64,000 nt of DNA from an uncultured Gammaproteobacteria bacterium. GTDB taxonomy: Bacteria > Patescibacteriota > Patescibacteriia > UBA1558 > S5-K13. Under the pieces are notes generated by a model. That model had not been told where the DNA came from. It was given only the letters and a program-made list of their open reading frames with translations, and did not search any database. Shown here piece by piece: positions 34,289 through 44,268 of this stretch. The position numbers and the translations under genes were made by a program. Within the stretch, counting starts at the first letter, position 1. Every line of letters starts with the position of its first letter. Where the stretch lies: NCBI GenBank assembly GCA_964424195.1, contig CAYRHT010000001.1, positions 207,542-271,541 of the forward strand, in the 5' to 3' direction.

Positions 34289-34350
34289 TTTTAAAATTAA
34301 ATATGAAGAAGTATTAAAATTATTTTTAATACTTTTATTTTCTAAATATT

Positions 34351-35304
34351 ATGGAATATAGCTTAGATAATTTAAAACAAATTTTAGAATCTTGGGATTT
34401 AGAATTATTAAAGATCCGAGAAGACTTAGTAATTGCTGGTAGCCCGGAAAGGACTGATTTTAGAGTTGTTTTAGAAACTAAAGACGGTGGTTTATTCTTA
34501 GTAGAGAATTTTTCTGATAAATTAGTAGAAGTTAAAGAAAAAATCATCAATGTTTTAGAGTTTTTAGAAAATAAGGAGCTAGGAAAAATTAATAACTATA
34601 TTAAGAATCAAGATGGTAAGTATATAATTGAGGATCAGGGAAAGTTTTGGCAATTACAGAAATTTATCACTGGAACTAAATTAGATCGAATTAACTATAT
34701 TTTTGAAGAGTGGCGGGGAGAAGTATTAGCAGAGTGGTTAATTAATTTTAAGAATAAATCTAAAGATATTAAAGTTAAGAATCAAGAGGTTTTTTCTCTG
34801 AAAGACTATGTTTATCAAATCTATACCGATGTTCAAAACCATAATCCAGAAATAATACCTAGATTAAAACCTATTATTGATTTCTTAGAATCTAATCTTA
34901 TGGATAATTATAATCAATTACCCATAGCTTTTTGTCATGGAGATTATCATCCAGTGAATGTAATCTGGTCTAAAGATAACATCCAAGCCGTAATAGATTG
35001 GGAGTTTTGTGGTTTAAAGCCAGAAATTTATGATATTGCTAATATGGTTTCTTGTGTAGGCATGGAAAATCCCGAATGTCTCCAGCGAGGCTTGATTATT
35101 GGGTTTATTAAAAAAATTAAATCAACTAAACTAATTCAAGATATTAGTTGGAAGTATTTAATTGACGCTATGATAGCTATTCGTTTTGCTTGGTTAGCAG
35201 AATGGCTCAGAAAGGATATTCCAGAAATGATTGAATTAGAATTAATATATATGCATTTATTAAAGGATAATTATCAAGATTTAAACAAAATTTGGTTTAC
35301 TTAA
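34351..35304 (+). CDS. APH / homoserine kinase type II-family phosphotransferase
   Basis: CHGDYHPVNV and VIDWE. Confidence 0.85.
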   Translation: MEYSLDNLKQILESWDLELLKIREDLVIAGSPERTDFRVVLETKDGGLFLVENFSDKLVEVKEKIINVLEFLENKELGKINNYIKNQDGKYIIEDQGKFWQLQKFITGTKLDRINYIFEEWRGEVLAEWLINFKNKSKDIKVKNQEVFSLKDYVYQIYTDVQNHNPEIIPRLKPIIDFLESNLMDNYNQLPIAFCHGDYHPVNVIWSKDNIQAVIDWEFCGLKPEIYDIANMVSCVGMENPECLQRGLIIGFIKKIKSTKLIQDISWKYLIDAMIAIRFAWLAEWLRKDIPEMIELELIYMHLLKDNYQDLNKIWFT

Positions 35305-35330
35305 GGCTAGAGTTAATATAAGATATAAGT

Positions 35331-37118
35331 ATGAGTAATGTAACAGAAGATATAAAATCTAGATTGGATGTAGTTGATTTAATAAAAGAATATATTCAGC
35401 TAACACCAGCGGGAGTAAATTTTAAAGCTCCTTGTCCTTTTCATAATGAAAAAACACCTTCTTTTGTTGTATCTTCAGAAAAACAGATTTGGCATTGTTT
35501 TGGTTGTGGTGCTGGTGGTGATATTTTTGAATTTGTAAAAAAGATTGAAGGTTTAGAATTTCCCGAAGCTTTAAGAATACTAGCGGATAAAGCTAATGTT
35601 AAGATTGATTATGACTATAGTCCAGAATTAAAGAATCAAAAAACTAAAGCATTAGATATTTTAACTGTTACAGCTACTTATTATCATCAACTCTTGTTAA
35701 AAGACAGCAATGCTAAAATAGCACAAGATTATTTAAAAGAGAGAGAGATTGATGACAAAGCGGTTGAACAATTTAATTTAGGATACAGTAAAGATTCTTG
35801 GGATGATCTATTAATCTATTTAAGGTCTAAGAAGTTTACAGATTCAGATATTGAAGCTGCTGGTTTAGTAGTGAAATCAAAGAAAGATGGGAAATTTTAT
35901 GATCGTTTTCGAGGTCGTTTAATGTTTCCCATAAATAATATTTTTGGACAAGCTATCGGTTTCACAGCTCGAGTTTTAAAAGAGGATGATCAACAAGGTA
36001 AATATGTAAATACTCCTCAAAGCGTTGCTTATGACAAATCTAGTGTTTTGTATAATATGGATTTAGCTAAAATGACTATTAAACAAAAGAATTATACTAT
36101 TTTAGCTGAAGGGCAATTAGATGTCATTTCTTCATACATGGCGGGAGTAAAGAATATTATTGCTTCTTCTGGGACAGCTCTTACTCCTCAACAAGTTAAA
36201 ATCCTTAAAAGATATTCAGAAAATTTAATGATTGCCTATGATGCTGATCAAGCTGGATTAAAAGCAACTTTTAGAATTGTAGATAATGCTTTAGCAGAGA
36301 ATATTAATATTAAAATTATTAAGATTCCTAAAGGTATGGATCCTGATCAACTGATTAAAAAAGATCCACAGAAATGGTTGGATGCTGTTAAAAATGCTCA
36401 ACCTTTAATGGATTTTGTTTTTGAAAAAGTTTTAGCAACCGGTGATTTAAATAATGTCTTTCAGAAAAAACAAATAGCTAAGAAATTATTGATTTTGATT
36501 AGTAAGTTTCGAGATGATATTGAAAGGCAAACTTATTTAAAAAGACTTGGTGATCTAATTGATGTGGAATATGATTTATTAAAAGAAAAATTAGATGATT
36601 TTGTGAATAAGAATAAAAGAAATATTCCAGTTGAAAAAGAAGAAAGAAAAGAATTTAAGCTATCTGTTTTAGATAAAAAAGAGGAGTTATTAAAGAAAAT
36701 TATAGCTCTAGGGATAAATTTTTTAAATAATATAGAGTATTTGTCATCAAATTTAGAGTTAGAATATATTGGTAAATCAACAATAGATGAACTTTACAAA
36801 GAGATGATAATCTATTATACTAAGAATAATTCTTTTGACCGAAAGGCTTTTGAAAATGGCTTAGATAAAGACAAAAGTGATTTATTGAATATTATTCTTT
36901 TTATTTTTGAAAATGAATATTCTAAGCATGATCAGAATGAAGCTTTTATCGATATTCAAGCTTTAGTAAAGTCTTACAAAAAGGAATTTTTAAATGAGAA
37001 GTTAAAGAAATTAGAAGTTTCTTTAAAATTAGCAGAAAGAAAAGGCGATCAAGAAGAGATTGAAAAAATTACTAAAGAATTTGTATCTGTCACTCATAAG
37101 TTAAGTAGTATAAGTTAA
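35331..37118 (+). CDS. dnaG: DNA primase
   Basis: [44 protein letters not shown]. Confidence 0.97.
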   Translation: MSNVTEDIKSRLDVVDLIKEYIQLTPAGVNFKAPCPFHNEKTPSFVVSSEKQIWHCFGCGAGGDIFEFVKKIEGLEFPEALRILADKANVKIDYDYSPELKNQKTKALDILTVTATYYHQLLLKDSNAKIAQDYLKEREIDDKAVEQFNLGYSKDSWDDLLIYLRSKKFTDSDIEAAGLVVKSKKDGKFYDRFRGRLMFPINNIFGQAIGFTARVLKEDDQQGKYVNTPQSVAYDKSSVLYNMDLAKMTIKQKNYTILAEGQLDVISSYMAGVKNIIASSGTALTPQQVKILKRYSENLMIAYDADQAGLKATFRIVDNALAENINIKIIKIPKGMDPDQLIKKDPQKWLDAVKNAQPLMDFVFEKVLATGDLNNVFQKKQIAKKLLILISKFRDDIERQTYLKRLGDLIDVEYDLLKEKLDDFVNKNKRNIPVEKEERKEFKLSVLDKKEELLKKIIALGINFLNNIEYLSSNLELEYIGKSTIDELYKEMIIYYTKNNSFDRKAFENGLDKDKSDLLNIILFIFENEYSKHDQNEAFIDIQALVKSYKKEFLNEKLKKLEVSLKLAERKGDQEEIEKITKEFVSVTHKLSSIS

Positions 37119-37143
37119 AATTTTTAAATATATAAATTACTAT

Positions 37144-38535
37144 ATGGCTAAAACCAAAAAGAAAAAAACAAATTTAAAAAAAGTTATTTCTAAGCTTATT
37201 CATAAGAAGAAACCAGCTAAAAAGAAAGCAACTCCTGAACTAAAAAAGAAAGTTGCTAAAAAACCTGTTAAAAAAACTCCTAAAAAACCAGTTAAAAAGA
37301 AAGCAACTCCTAAACCAAAAAAGAAACCAGCTAAAAAGATTGCTAAGAAGAAGGTAGTAAAGAAGAAAGTTGTTAAAAAACCTGTTAAAAAAACTCCTAA
37401 AAAGAAGAAACCCGCTAAACGAAGAAAGAAAGCAATTAAAAGAAAAAAAGAAGATATTATTTTTCCAGAATCAGATCGTTTAGCTACTCTAACTAAAGAG
37501 GGTCGGAATAGAGGATTCATAACAGAAAATGAACTTTTGTATGTTTTTCCAGAATTGGAAGAATACTCAGAAATATATGAAGAATATTTAAACACTTTAG
37601 AAGAAAATAGTGTTGAAATATTAACTAATGAAAGTAATCTCTTAAATGATGCGGATGAAGATGATGAAAAGAAATTAGATATTTCTGGTGTTACTTTTGA
37701 TTTAGGAAAAATTTCTTCTGATTCTATTCAAATGTATTTAAGAGAAATTGGTAAAGTATCATTATTAACTTTTGAAGAAGAAGTCGCTTTAGCTAAGAGA
37801 AAAGAAAGAGGAGATGTTGCTGCTAAAATTCAATTAATTAAAGCTAACTTAAGATTAGTAGTTAGTATTGCTAAAAAGTATACTGGACATTCTTTGTCAT
37901 TATTAGATTTAATTCAAGAAGGTAATATTGGATTATTCAGAGCAGTAGAGAAATTTGAATATCGAAAAGGGTATAAATTCTCAACTTATGCTACTTGGTG
38001 GATAAGACAAGCAATTACTAGAGCTTTAGCTGACCAGTCTCGAACTATTAGAATTCCAGTTCATATGGTCGAAACTATAAATAAATTTCAACAAGTTCAA
38101 AGAAGATTAATTCAAGATTTAGGAAGAGAACCTTTACCAGAAGAAATAGCTTATGAAATGGGAGAGGATTTAGATAAGATTCATCATGTGATTAAAATTT
38201 CTCAGGAAACAGTTTCATTAGAAACAACTATTGGAGAAGATGATGAAGATTCTACTTTAAGTGACTTTATTGAAGATAAGAAAACTATTCCACCAGACAA
38301 GGTTGCAGCTTTAAGATTATTAAGAGATCATGTTAAAGAAATAATTGAAGATTTAACTCCAAGAGAACAAAAGATTTTAGAGATGCGTTTTGGTTTAACA
38401 GATGGTATTGCTCATACTTTAGAAGAAGTAGGACAAGAGTTTGGTGTTACTAGAGAGAGAATTAGACAAATTGAAGCTAAATCTTTAGAGAAAATTGCTG
38501 CTAAAGAAGGAATTGCTAAGTTAAAGGATTATTAA
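37144..38535 (+). CDS. rpoD: Primary sigma factor with Lys/Pro/Ala-rich N-terminal extension
   Basis: [46 protein letters not shown]; follows dnaG. Confidence 0.97.
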   Translation: MAKTKKKKTNLKKVISKLIHKKKPAKKKATPELKKKVAKKPVKKTPKKPVKKKATPKPKKKPAKKIAKKKVVKKKVVKKPVKKTPKKKKPAKRRKKAIKRKKEDIIFPESDRLATLTKEGRNRGFITENELLYVFPELEEYSEIYEEYLNTLEENSVEILTNESNLLNDADEDDEKKLDISGVTFDLGKISSDSIQMYLREIGKVSLLTFEEEVALAKRKERGDVAAKIQLIKANLRLVVSIAKKYTGHSLSLLDLIQEGNIGLFRAVEKFEYRKGYKFSTYATWWIRQAITRALADQSRTIRIPVHMVETINKFQQVQRRLIQDLGREPLPEEIAYEMGEDLDKIHHVIKISQETVSLETTIGEDDEDSTLSDFIEDKKTIPPDKVAALRLLRDHVKEIIEDLTPREQKILEMRFGLTDGIAHTLEEVGQEFGVTRERIRQIEAKSLEKIAAKEGIAKLKDY

Positions 38536-38564
38536 AATAACTTTTAAATTTGAATAGTTTAGTC

Positions 38565-38593
38565 TTGATTTATTTTTGATTATAAATTATAAT
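38565..38593 (+). promoter_or_regulatory. tRNA-Asn promoter
   Basis: TTGATT-N17-TATAAT. Confidence 0.65.
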
Positions 38594-38618
38594 CTTATTG
38601 TCTTAAAATAAGAATTAT

Positions 38619-38695
38619 TTCGCGGTAGCTCAGTTGGTTAGAGCGACTGGCTGTTAACCAGTAGGTCGTCGGTTCGAACCCGACCCGCGAAGCCA
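38619..38695 (+). tRNA. tRNA-Asn(GTT); integration target
   Basis: TTCGCGG/CCGCGAA acceptor stem, CTGTTAA anticodon loop, GTTCGAAC, encoded CCA. Confidence 0.97.
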
Positions 38696-40165
38696 AATTG
38701 TTTTTTTAGCGGAAAGTGCCTCTTTTGCAGTCGCAAAAGTCGGCAACTCCCATAATATTTCCCAGGGTTTCTGGGGAATTACGCGGATTTCTCGTTCCTG
38801 CAATATGAGGTTCGAGCCAATCTTTTTAAGAAAATCTCTCTTCGTCGAGAGATTTTTTTGTGAAGCGATAATTTTGGCTTGTTTAGCGTCCAGAATGAAC
38901 TTCTTAGCCCGTTCGAGCCAATGATTGCCCTTTTGTTCAAAACCCTCTAATTTCTCCTCAATATCGATTTTTTCATTGAGGATTTTTTGTTTTTTAGAAG
39001 CATATTCTTCTTTAGAAATTAGTTCTTCTAAATGAGAATCTAATAATTTATCTAACTTATTTTCATAATTATATAATTTTTCTTTTAAGTTTTGAACGAA
39101 AGAATTTCCGTCTTGTTCTTCTTGCTTATTTTGTTTTTCCAATTCTTGGATTATCCAATCAGCACAAGACGGAAATAAAGAAACTTTTTGAATTATCTCA
39201 GATATTTGTTGACTCAAAATTTCTTCACGAATATATTTTTGAGAACACTTAATTTTTTTCTTAGTGCAACGATAATAATTATGTCCCTTTTGAGTCTCGG
39301 AAGTAATTGCACAACCACATTCTCCACATTTAAATAACCCTCTAAAAGCGTATTTTTTAATTTGCTTTTTCTTTGGTTTAGAATGTTGTGAAATTACTTC
39401 TTGGCATTTATCAAAAAGTTTCTTGGCAATCATTGGCTCATGACTACCTCTAAATATTTCGTTGTTATACCTAATCAATCCATAGTAAAAAGGATTTTTT
39501 AAAATATGCTGAATAGTAGAAACCGCTAGAGCTTTATTATGCTTACTTAATAATCCGACCGAGGTGATAGTATCCCGCAAAAATTTAATAGTATAATTTC
39601 CAGTAGAGTAGAGTTTAAATATTTTTCTAACTAAATTAAATTTTTGCGGGTCTTTAATAATATTATGTTTTCTTAAATCATTAAGATAACCAATCGGAGC
39701 AGGTCCAGGAAGTTCACCTCGTCTTAATTTTTGCCTTAAACCTCGTTTAGTATTTTCAGAAAGATTGTCAACGAAATATTTAGATTGACCAAAAGCGATA
39801 TTTAACATGAATTTGCCTTGCGGAGTAGCTTCAAACCAGAAAGTAGGAAATTTTAGCGACTTAATTTCTTCACTATCAACTAAATAGATGATTTTACCAC
39901 CATCGACTGAATTACGAGCTAATCTGTCAGGATGCCACGCTAAAATTCCATTAGCTTTATTCTTTTCAATTTTATCTAACATATTATTGAATATTGGACG
40001 ACCTGGTTTTTTAGCAGTTTGAGATTCAATAAAAATATCAATAATATTTAGATTTTCTTTTTCGGCAAATTCTAAAAGTTCAGTTTTCTGAGCTTCTAAA
40101 GATAATACTTGTCGATCATCTTCATCAGTTGATTTTCTAATATAAAGGAAGTATTTATTATCCAT
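38654..40165 (-). CDS. Large serine recombinase (resolvase, recombinase, Zn-ribbon and coiled-coil domains); C-terminus reads into the antisense tRNA
   Basis: YIRKS catalytic Ser, DRLARN, CGECG...YYRC; start placed at MDNKYFLYIRKS (40165) rather than 40345; ends WLRGSGSNRRPTG. Confidence 0.93.
   Translation of the reverse strand: MDNKYFLYIRKSTDEDDRQVLSLEAQKTELLEFAEKENLNIIDIFIESQTAKKPGRPIFNNMLDKIEKNKANGILAWHPDRLARNSVDGGKIIYLVDSEEIKSLKFPTFWFEATPQGKFMLNIAFGQSKYFVDNLSENTKRGLRQKLRRGELPGPAPIGYLNDLRKHNIIKDPQKFNLVRKIFKLYSTGNYTIKFLRDTITSVGLLSKHNKALAVSTIQHILKNPFYYGLIRYNNEIFRGSHEPMIAKKLFDKCQEVISQHSKPKKKQIKKYAFRGLFKCGECGCAITSETQKGHNYYRCTKKKIKCSQKYIREEILSQQISEIIQKVSLFPSCADWIIQELEKQNKQEEQDGNSFVQNLKEKLYNYENKLDKLLDSHLEELISKEEYASKKQKILNEKIDIEEKLEGFEQKGNHWLERAKKFILDAKQAKIIASQKNLSTKRDFLKKIGSNLILQEREIRVIPQKPWEILWELPTFATAKEALSAKKTIWLRGSGSNRRPTG
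38690..38799. repeat. 110-bp perfect inverted repeat, copy 1 (left attachment arm, integrase 3' end)
   Basis: Exact reverse complement of 40262-40371. Confidence 0.95.
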
Positions 40166-40261
40166 ATATTTAAAATTAATTTTTATCGCTTTTGGTCTGT
40201 ATTTGTAAATTACCGCTTCACCTTTGCTAGTAAGCAAAGAAAAATATTGGCTCTCAATAGA

Positions 40262-40686
40262 AGGAACGAGAAATCCGCGTAATTCCCCAGAAACCCTGGG
40301 AAATATTATGGGAGTTGCCGACTTTTGCGACTGCAAAAGAGGCACTTTCCGCTAAAAAAACAATTTGGCTTGGACTCCCGAACGAAATTCGAACTTTTTT
40401 CCGAGAAAATCCGACTTGTGACCCGAAACTCTAGTGAAGGGTTAATGCGGAATTTTAGGCGGGCGAAAAGCGGGGGTCTGGGGGAAACCCCGAAGGAGTC
40501 GCTTCGCGACCCTACGGGGTAAAGATTTTCGCCCGCCTTCGTCTTTAAAATTTAGCCCGCTTCGCCGGAGCGAAAGCGAGGCGAGAATTTTTGGCTTTCT
40601 TCCTTGTCTTGCCAAATCCCGTAAAACGGGAGTAGGCAGAGGGAAGACATCATTGGTCGTATTTCGCAAAAGCGAAATGCACCGCT
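40262..40686 (+). repeat. Internal inverted attP-like copy (110-bp arm + TGGCTT core + ~315-bp GC-rich arm)
   Basis: 40262-40371 is the reverse complement of 38690-38799; 40366-40686 approximates the reverse complement of 50159-50444. Confidence 0.92.
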
Positions 40687-40782
40687 AAATTCCACCTCAA
40701 CCCCGACCACCACCCCTTTTTGAATTTGAAGAGCAAGTATTTTTTTGGTATTATAAAGGTATAATAATTTAATAATATACTT

Positions 40783-40808
40783 GTATTATCCTACTACTAT
40801 GATAATAC
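40783..40808. promoter_or_regulatory. Palindromic operator (C-box-like) upstream of the XRE gene
   Basis: GTATTATC-N10-GATAATAC; a further half-site GTATTATA at 40748. Confidence 0.55.
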
Positions 40809-40820
40809 TATATAATATCT

Positions 40821-41045
40821 ATGTCAAACAAATTATCAACTATTGCTAAAAACATCAAAAAGCTCAGAAAAGAAAAAGGTATCTCTCAAGATAAACTTTC
40901 TAAATTAGCTAATATTTCTTATAACACAATTATTAAGATTGAATCTGGAGATATTCAAAGTCCAGGTATTGATACTGCTCAAAAAATAGCTCAGGCTTTT
41001 GGTGTTAAAATTGATGATTTAATAAGTGAAAAGTATAAAAAATAA
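40821..41045 (+). CDS. XRE-family HTH regulator (RM controller-like)
   Basis: NIKKLRKEKGISQDKLS...IIKIESG...IAQAFGV; first gene of the defence operon. Confidence 0.9.
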   Translation: MSNKLSTIAKNIKKLRKEKGISQDKLSKLANISYNTIIKIESGDIQSPGIDTAQKIAQAFGVKIDDLISEKYKK

Positions 41046-41065
41046 TAAATTAATATATCGAATAT

Positions 41066-44000
41066 ATGAATAGTGACTTAACTTTTATAACCAATGAAAA
41101 TGGTAAAAATTTAAAAGATAGATTTGATGATTTGATAAAAGATTCTCGTTTTTTTGATGTTTTGGTTGGTTATTTTTATACAAGTGGTTTTTATGCAATT
41201 TATCCTAGTTTAGAAAAAACTGAAAAAATTAAAATCTTAATTGGAATTAGTACTAATTATCAAACATATAATCTTCTTCAAAAAATTCAATCACATAAGG
41301 AAATAGGAGATCAGATTGGTGAGAATATAAAAACTGAGATGGAAAAAAGTGATAATAATTTTCAAGTAGAAAAAGGTGTATATAAATTTCTCGAATGGTT
41401 AAAAAGTGGAAAATTAGAAATTAAAGCTTATCCTGAAGAAAAAATACATTCTAAATTATACATAATGACTTTTAATGAAGATGATAGAGATATCGGTCGT
41501 GTAATAACTGGATCAAGTAATTTTACACAAAGCGGATTAGTGGATAATTTAGAATTTAATGTTGAGCTTAAAGATCCTTCTGATTATAGATTTGCCAAGG
41601 ATAAATTTGATGAATTATGGGGAAAGGGTATTGATGTTAGTGAGAAATATATTGAAACAATTACAAGAGATACGTGGCTTAGAGAAGATATAACGCCGTA
41701 TGAATTATATCTTAAATTTCTTTATGAATATTTTAAAGAAGAAATAAATGAAGAAGACATTTTAGAGCATAGTTATAGACCAGACAATTTTAAAGAATTA
41801 AAATATCAAGATCATGCAGTTATAAATGCAAAAAAAATTGTAGAAGAATATGGTGGTGTATTTTTGTCAGATGTTGTTGGTTTAGGAAAAACATACATGG
41901 GAACTATGCTTTGTCAAGAATTAAAAGGGAGGACTTTAGTATTAGCCCCTCCTCATCTTATTGATGAAAATAATGAAGGTAGTTGGGAAAATTCTTTTAA
42001 AAATTTTGGATTCCGCGCTAAAGATTATAAATGTGAATCTATTGGGGTGTTGGACAAAATAATAAAAAAAGAACTTCATAAAAAATTTGATATTGTTCTT
42101 ATTGATGAAGCTCATCGTTTTAGGACAGAAGAAACGGAAACATATGCAAAACTTGCTCAAATTTGTCGTGGTAAAAAAGTAATTCTTGTTACAGCTACTC
42201 CGTATAATAATTCACCAAAAGATCTGCTTTCTCAAATCAAACTTTTTCAAAAAGCAAGACAAAGTACAATACCAAACCTATTAAATATAGAAGGATTCTT
42301 TAAAAAATTAGAAGGAAATATTAAAAAACTTGATAGAAGAAAAGATAAAACAGAGTATCTCGAAAGAACAAAAGAAAATTCTAAACTTATTCGTGAAAAA
42401 TTATTAAAATATTTAATGGTAAGAAGAACGCGAAAAGAAATTCAAAAATACTATGGAGATGACTTGAAAAAACAAAAAATGAGCTTTCCTGAAATTGCAG
42501 ACCCAAAACCAATTCTTTATGAATTTAATGAGAAAGAAAATGAAATCTTTTTTAAAACTATAAAAATAATATCAAAAGATTTTAAATATTCTCGTTATAC
42601 ACCCTTTTTATATCATAAAGGAGATTTGGGTTCTGAAGAAACTAGACAAAAGAATATGAGAAAGTTCATGAAGATGATGCTTATTAAAAGATTAGAAAGT
42701 AGTTTTTTTGCATTTACGCAGTCACTAGACCGATTTATATCGTCTTATGAAAAATTTATAAGTGAATATAATACAGGTAGCGTATATGTAAGTAAAAAAC
42801 ATATACGAAAAATATTTGATTATCTAGATGGTGGTAATTTAAATGCTGTAGATCAATTAATTTCTGAAGGAAAGGCAGAAAAATTTTCTAGTGATGAATT
42901 TGGAACTAATGAGGCTGGTGTCGAATTTATAGATGCTTTGAAGAATGACCTAATCATCCTAAAAGATATTAAAGAATTATGGAAGGGAATGAAGAGAGAT
43001 CCTAAAATTATTGCTTTTAAAGAGAAATTAGCAAAAGAAAAGCCAATAAAAGAAGGAAAATCTATTGTTTTTACAGAATCAACAGAAACTGCAAAATATC
43101 TTATAGAGAATTTACAAGATATTTTTCCAAATCAAATTATTTATTTTTCCGGAGGAAGCTCACAAGCGGAACGAGAAATTGTCATGGAAAATTTTGATGC
43201 TAACACAAAAAATATCAAAAATGATTATAAACTACTTATTACAACCGATGTATTAGCAGAAGGAGCCAATTTACATCAAGCAAATGTTGTCATAAATTAT
43301 GACATTCCATGGAATCCAACTCGTATAATGCAAAGAGTTGGTCGTATAAATAGAGTTGATACAAAACATGATAAAATTTACACTTATTCTTTTTTTCCAA
43401 CAGATCAATCAGATGAACAAATAAAATTGATATCATTAGCAGAGGCAAAAATACAAGCATTTATCACTTTGCTTGGAACTGATGCAAAGCTATTAACAGA
43501 GGGAGAAGTTCCTGAAGGGCATAGTTTATTTAATCGAATATTATCAAAAGAGATGATTGAAGGTGAAGAAAGTGAAGGAGATTCTGAATTAAAATATTTA
43601 CAAGAAATTAGAAAAATAAGAGACAAGGATCCAGACTTATTTGAAAAAATAAAAAAATTACCTAAAAAAGCACGGACTGCTCGAAAATTGCAGGAAGGTA
43701 AATCAAAGCTATTAACTTATTTTAGAAAAGGAAAATTACAAAAATTTTTCATTATCGACGCTGGAGCATCATCTATTTCTAATGAAATTGATTTTATGAA
43801 AGCGGCAGAACAATTCACAGCAAAACCAAGCGAAAAACGATTCAAATTAGATAAGTTATTTTATGGATTACTTGATAAAAATTTAGAAATGTTACAGAAA
43901 GTGGATGAGTATGAAGAAGAGGAATTTTCTACTAAACGAGGAAGCAGAAATAATGCGGCTCGTCTTTCTAAGATTTTAAACGCAAAGAATATAAAAAAAT

Positions 44001-44266
44001 ATAAAGGATTTACCGATGATAATGAAGCATATATTCAATCTGTAATTAACGAATTGGATTCTGGGGGTATTCCTAAAAAGATAACGCAAACAATTTATAA
44101 AAAAGTCCAAAATACTCCTGAAATAATCGCAAATCCTTTAAAACTTTTAGCTGTGTTGAAAACAACATTGCCAAATGATTTTCTTCAACCAACTCAAAAT
44201 GAAATAGACAAGGGAATATCTAGGAAAAAAGAAATTATACTTTCTGAATATTTTAACAGAAAATAA
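41066..44266 (+). CDS. PLD-nuclease plus SNF2-type helicase fusion
   Basis: VGYFY, HSKLYI...GSSNFT (HKD-like); DVVGLGKT, DEAHRFR, TATPYNN, WNPTRIMQRVGRINR. Confidence 0.9.
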   Translation: MNSDLTFITNENGKNLKDRFDDLIKDSRFFDVLVGYFYTSGFYAIYPSLEKTEKIKILIGISTNYQTYNLLQKIQSHKEIGDQIGENIKTEMEKSDNNFQVEKGVYKFLEWLKSGKLEIKAYPEEKIHSKLYIMTFNEDDRDIGRVITGSSNFTQSGLVDNLEFNVELKDPSDYRFAKDKFDELWGKGIDVSEKYIETITRDTWLREDITPYELYLKFLYEYFKEEINEEDILEHSYRPDNFKELKYQDHAVINAKKIVEEYGGVFLSDVVGLGKTYMGTMLCQELKGRTLVLAPPHLIDENNEGSWENSFKNFGFRAKDYKCESIGVLDKIIKKELHKKFDIVLIDEAHRFRTEETETYAKLAQICRGKKVILVTATPYNNSPKDLLSQIKLFQKARQSTIPNLLNIEGFFKKLEGNIKKLDRRKDKTEYLERTKENSKLIREKLLKYLMVRRTRKEIQKYYGDDLKKQKMSFPEIADPKPILYEFNEKENEIFFKTIKIISKDFKYSRYTPFLYHKGDLGSEETRQKNMRKFMKMMLIKRLESSFFAFTQSLDRFISSYEKFISEYNTGSVYVSKKHIRKIFDYLDGGNLNAVDQLISEGKAEKFSSDEFGTNEAGVEFIDALKNDLIILKDIKELWKGMKRDPKIIAFKEKLAKEKPIKEGKSIVFTESTETAKYLIENLQDIFPNQIIYFSGGSSQAEREIVMENFDANTKNIKNDYKLLITTDVLAEGANLHQANVVINYDIPWNPTRIMQRVGRINRVDTKHDKIYTYSFFPTDQSDEQIKLISLAEAKIQAFITLLGTDAKLLTEGEVPEGHSLFNRILSKEMIEGEESEGDSELKYLQEIRKIRDKDPDLFEKIKKLPKKARTARKLQEGKSKLLTYFRKGKLQKFFIIDAGASSISNEIDFMKAAEQFTAKPSEKRFKLDKLFYGLLDKNLEMLQKVDEYEEEEFSTKRGSRNNAARLSKILNAKNIKKYKGFTDDNEAYIQSVINELDSGGIPKKITQTIYKKVQNTPEIIANPLKLLAVLKTTLPNDFLQPTQNEIDKGISRKKEIILSEYFNRK

Positions 44267-44268
44267 TT

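Noticed and set aside
34351-35304. Aminoglycoside resistance gene
   Set aside because: Only the general APH/kinase fold motifs are visible; the substrate cannot be assigned.
37200-37595. 131-aa Phe-rich minus-strand ORF
   Set aside because: Antisense of the Lys-rich rpoD tail.
40166-40345. N-terminal extension of the recombinase in the ORF track
   Set aside because: It runs through the inverted repeat; the catalytic domain begins at MDNKYFLYIRKS (40165).
40325-40669. ORFs 40325-40522 and 40442-40669, and their mirrors 50156-50440 and 50163-50462
   Set aside because: Stop-poor GC-rich repeat DNA; the differences between copies preserve hairpins rather than reading frames.
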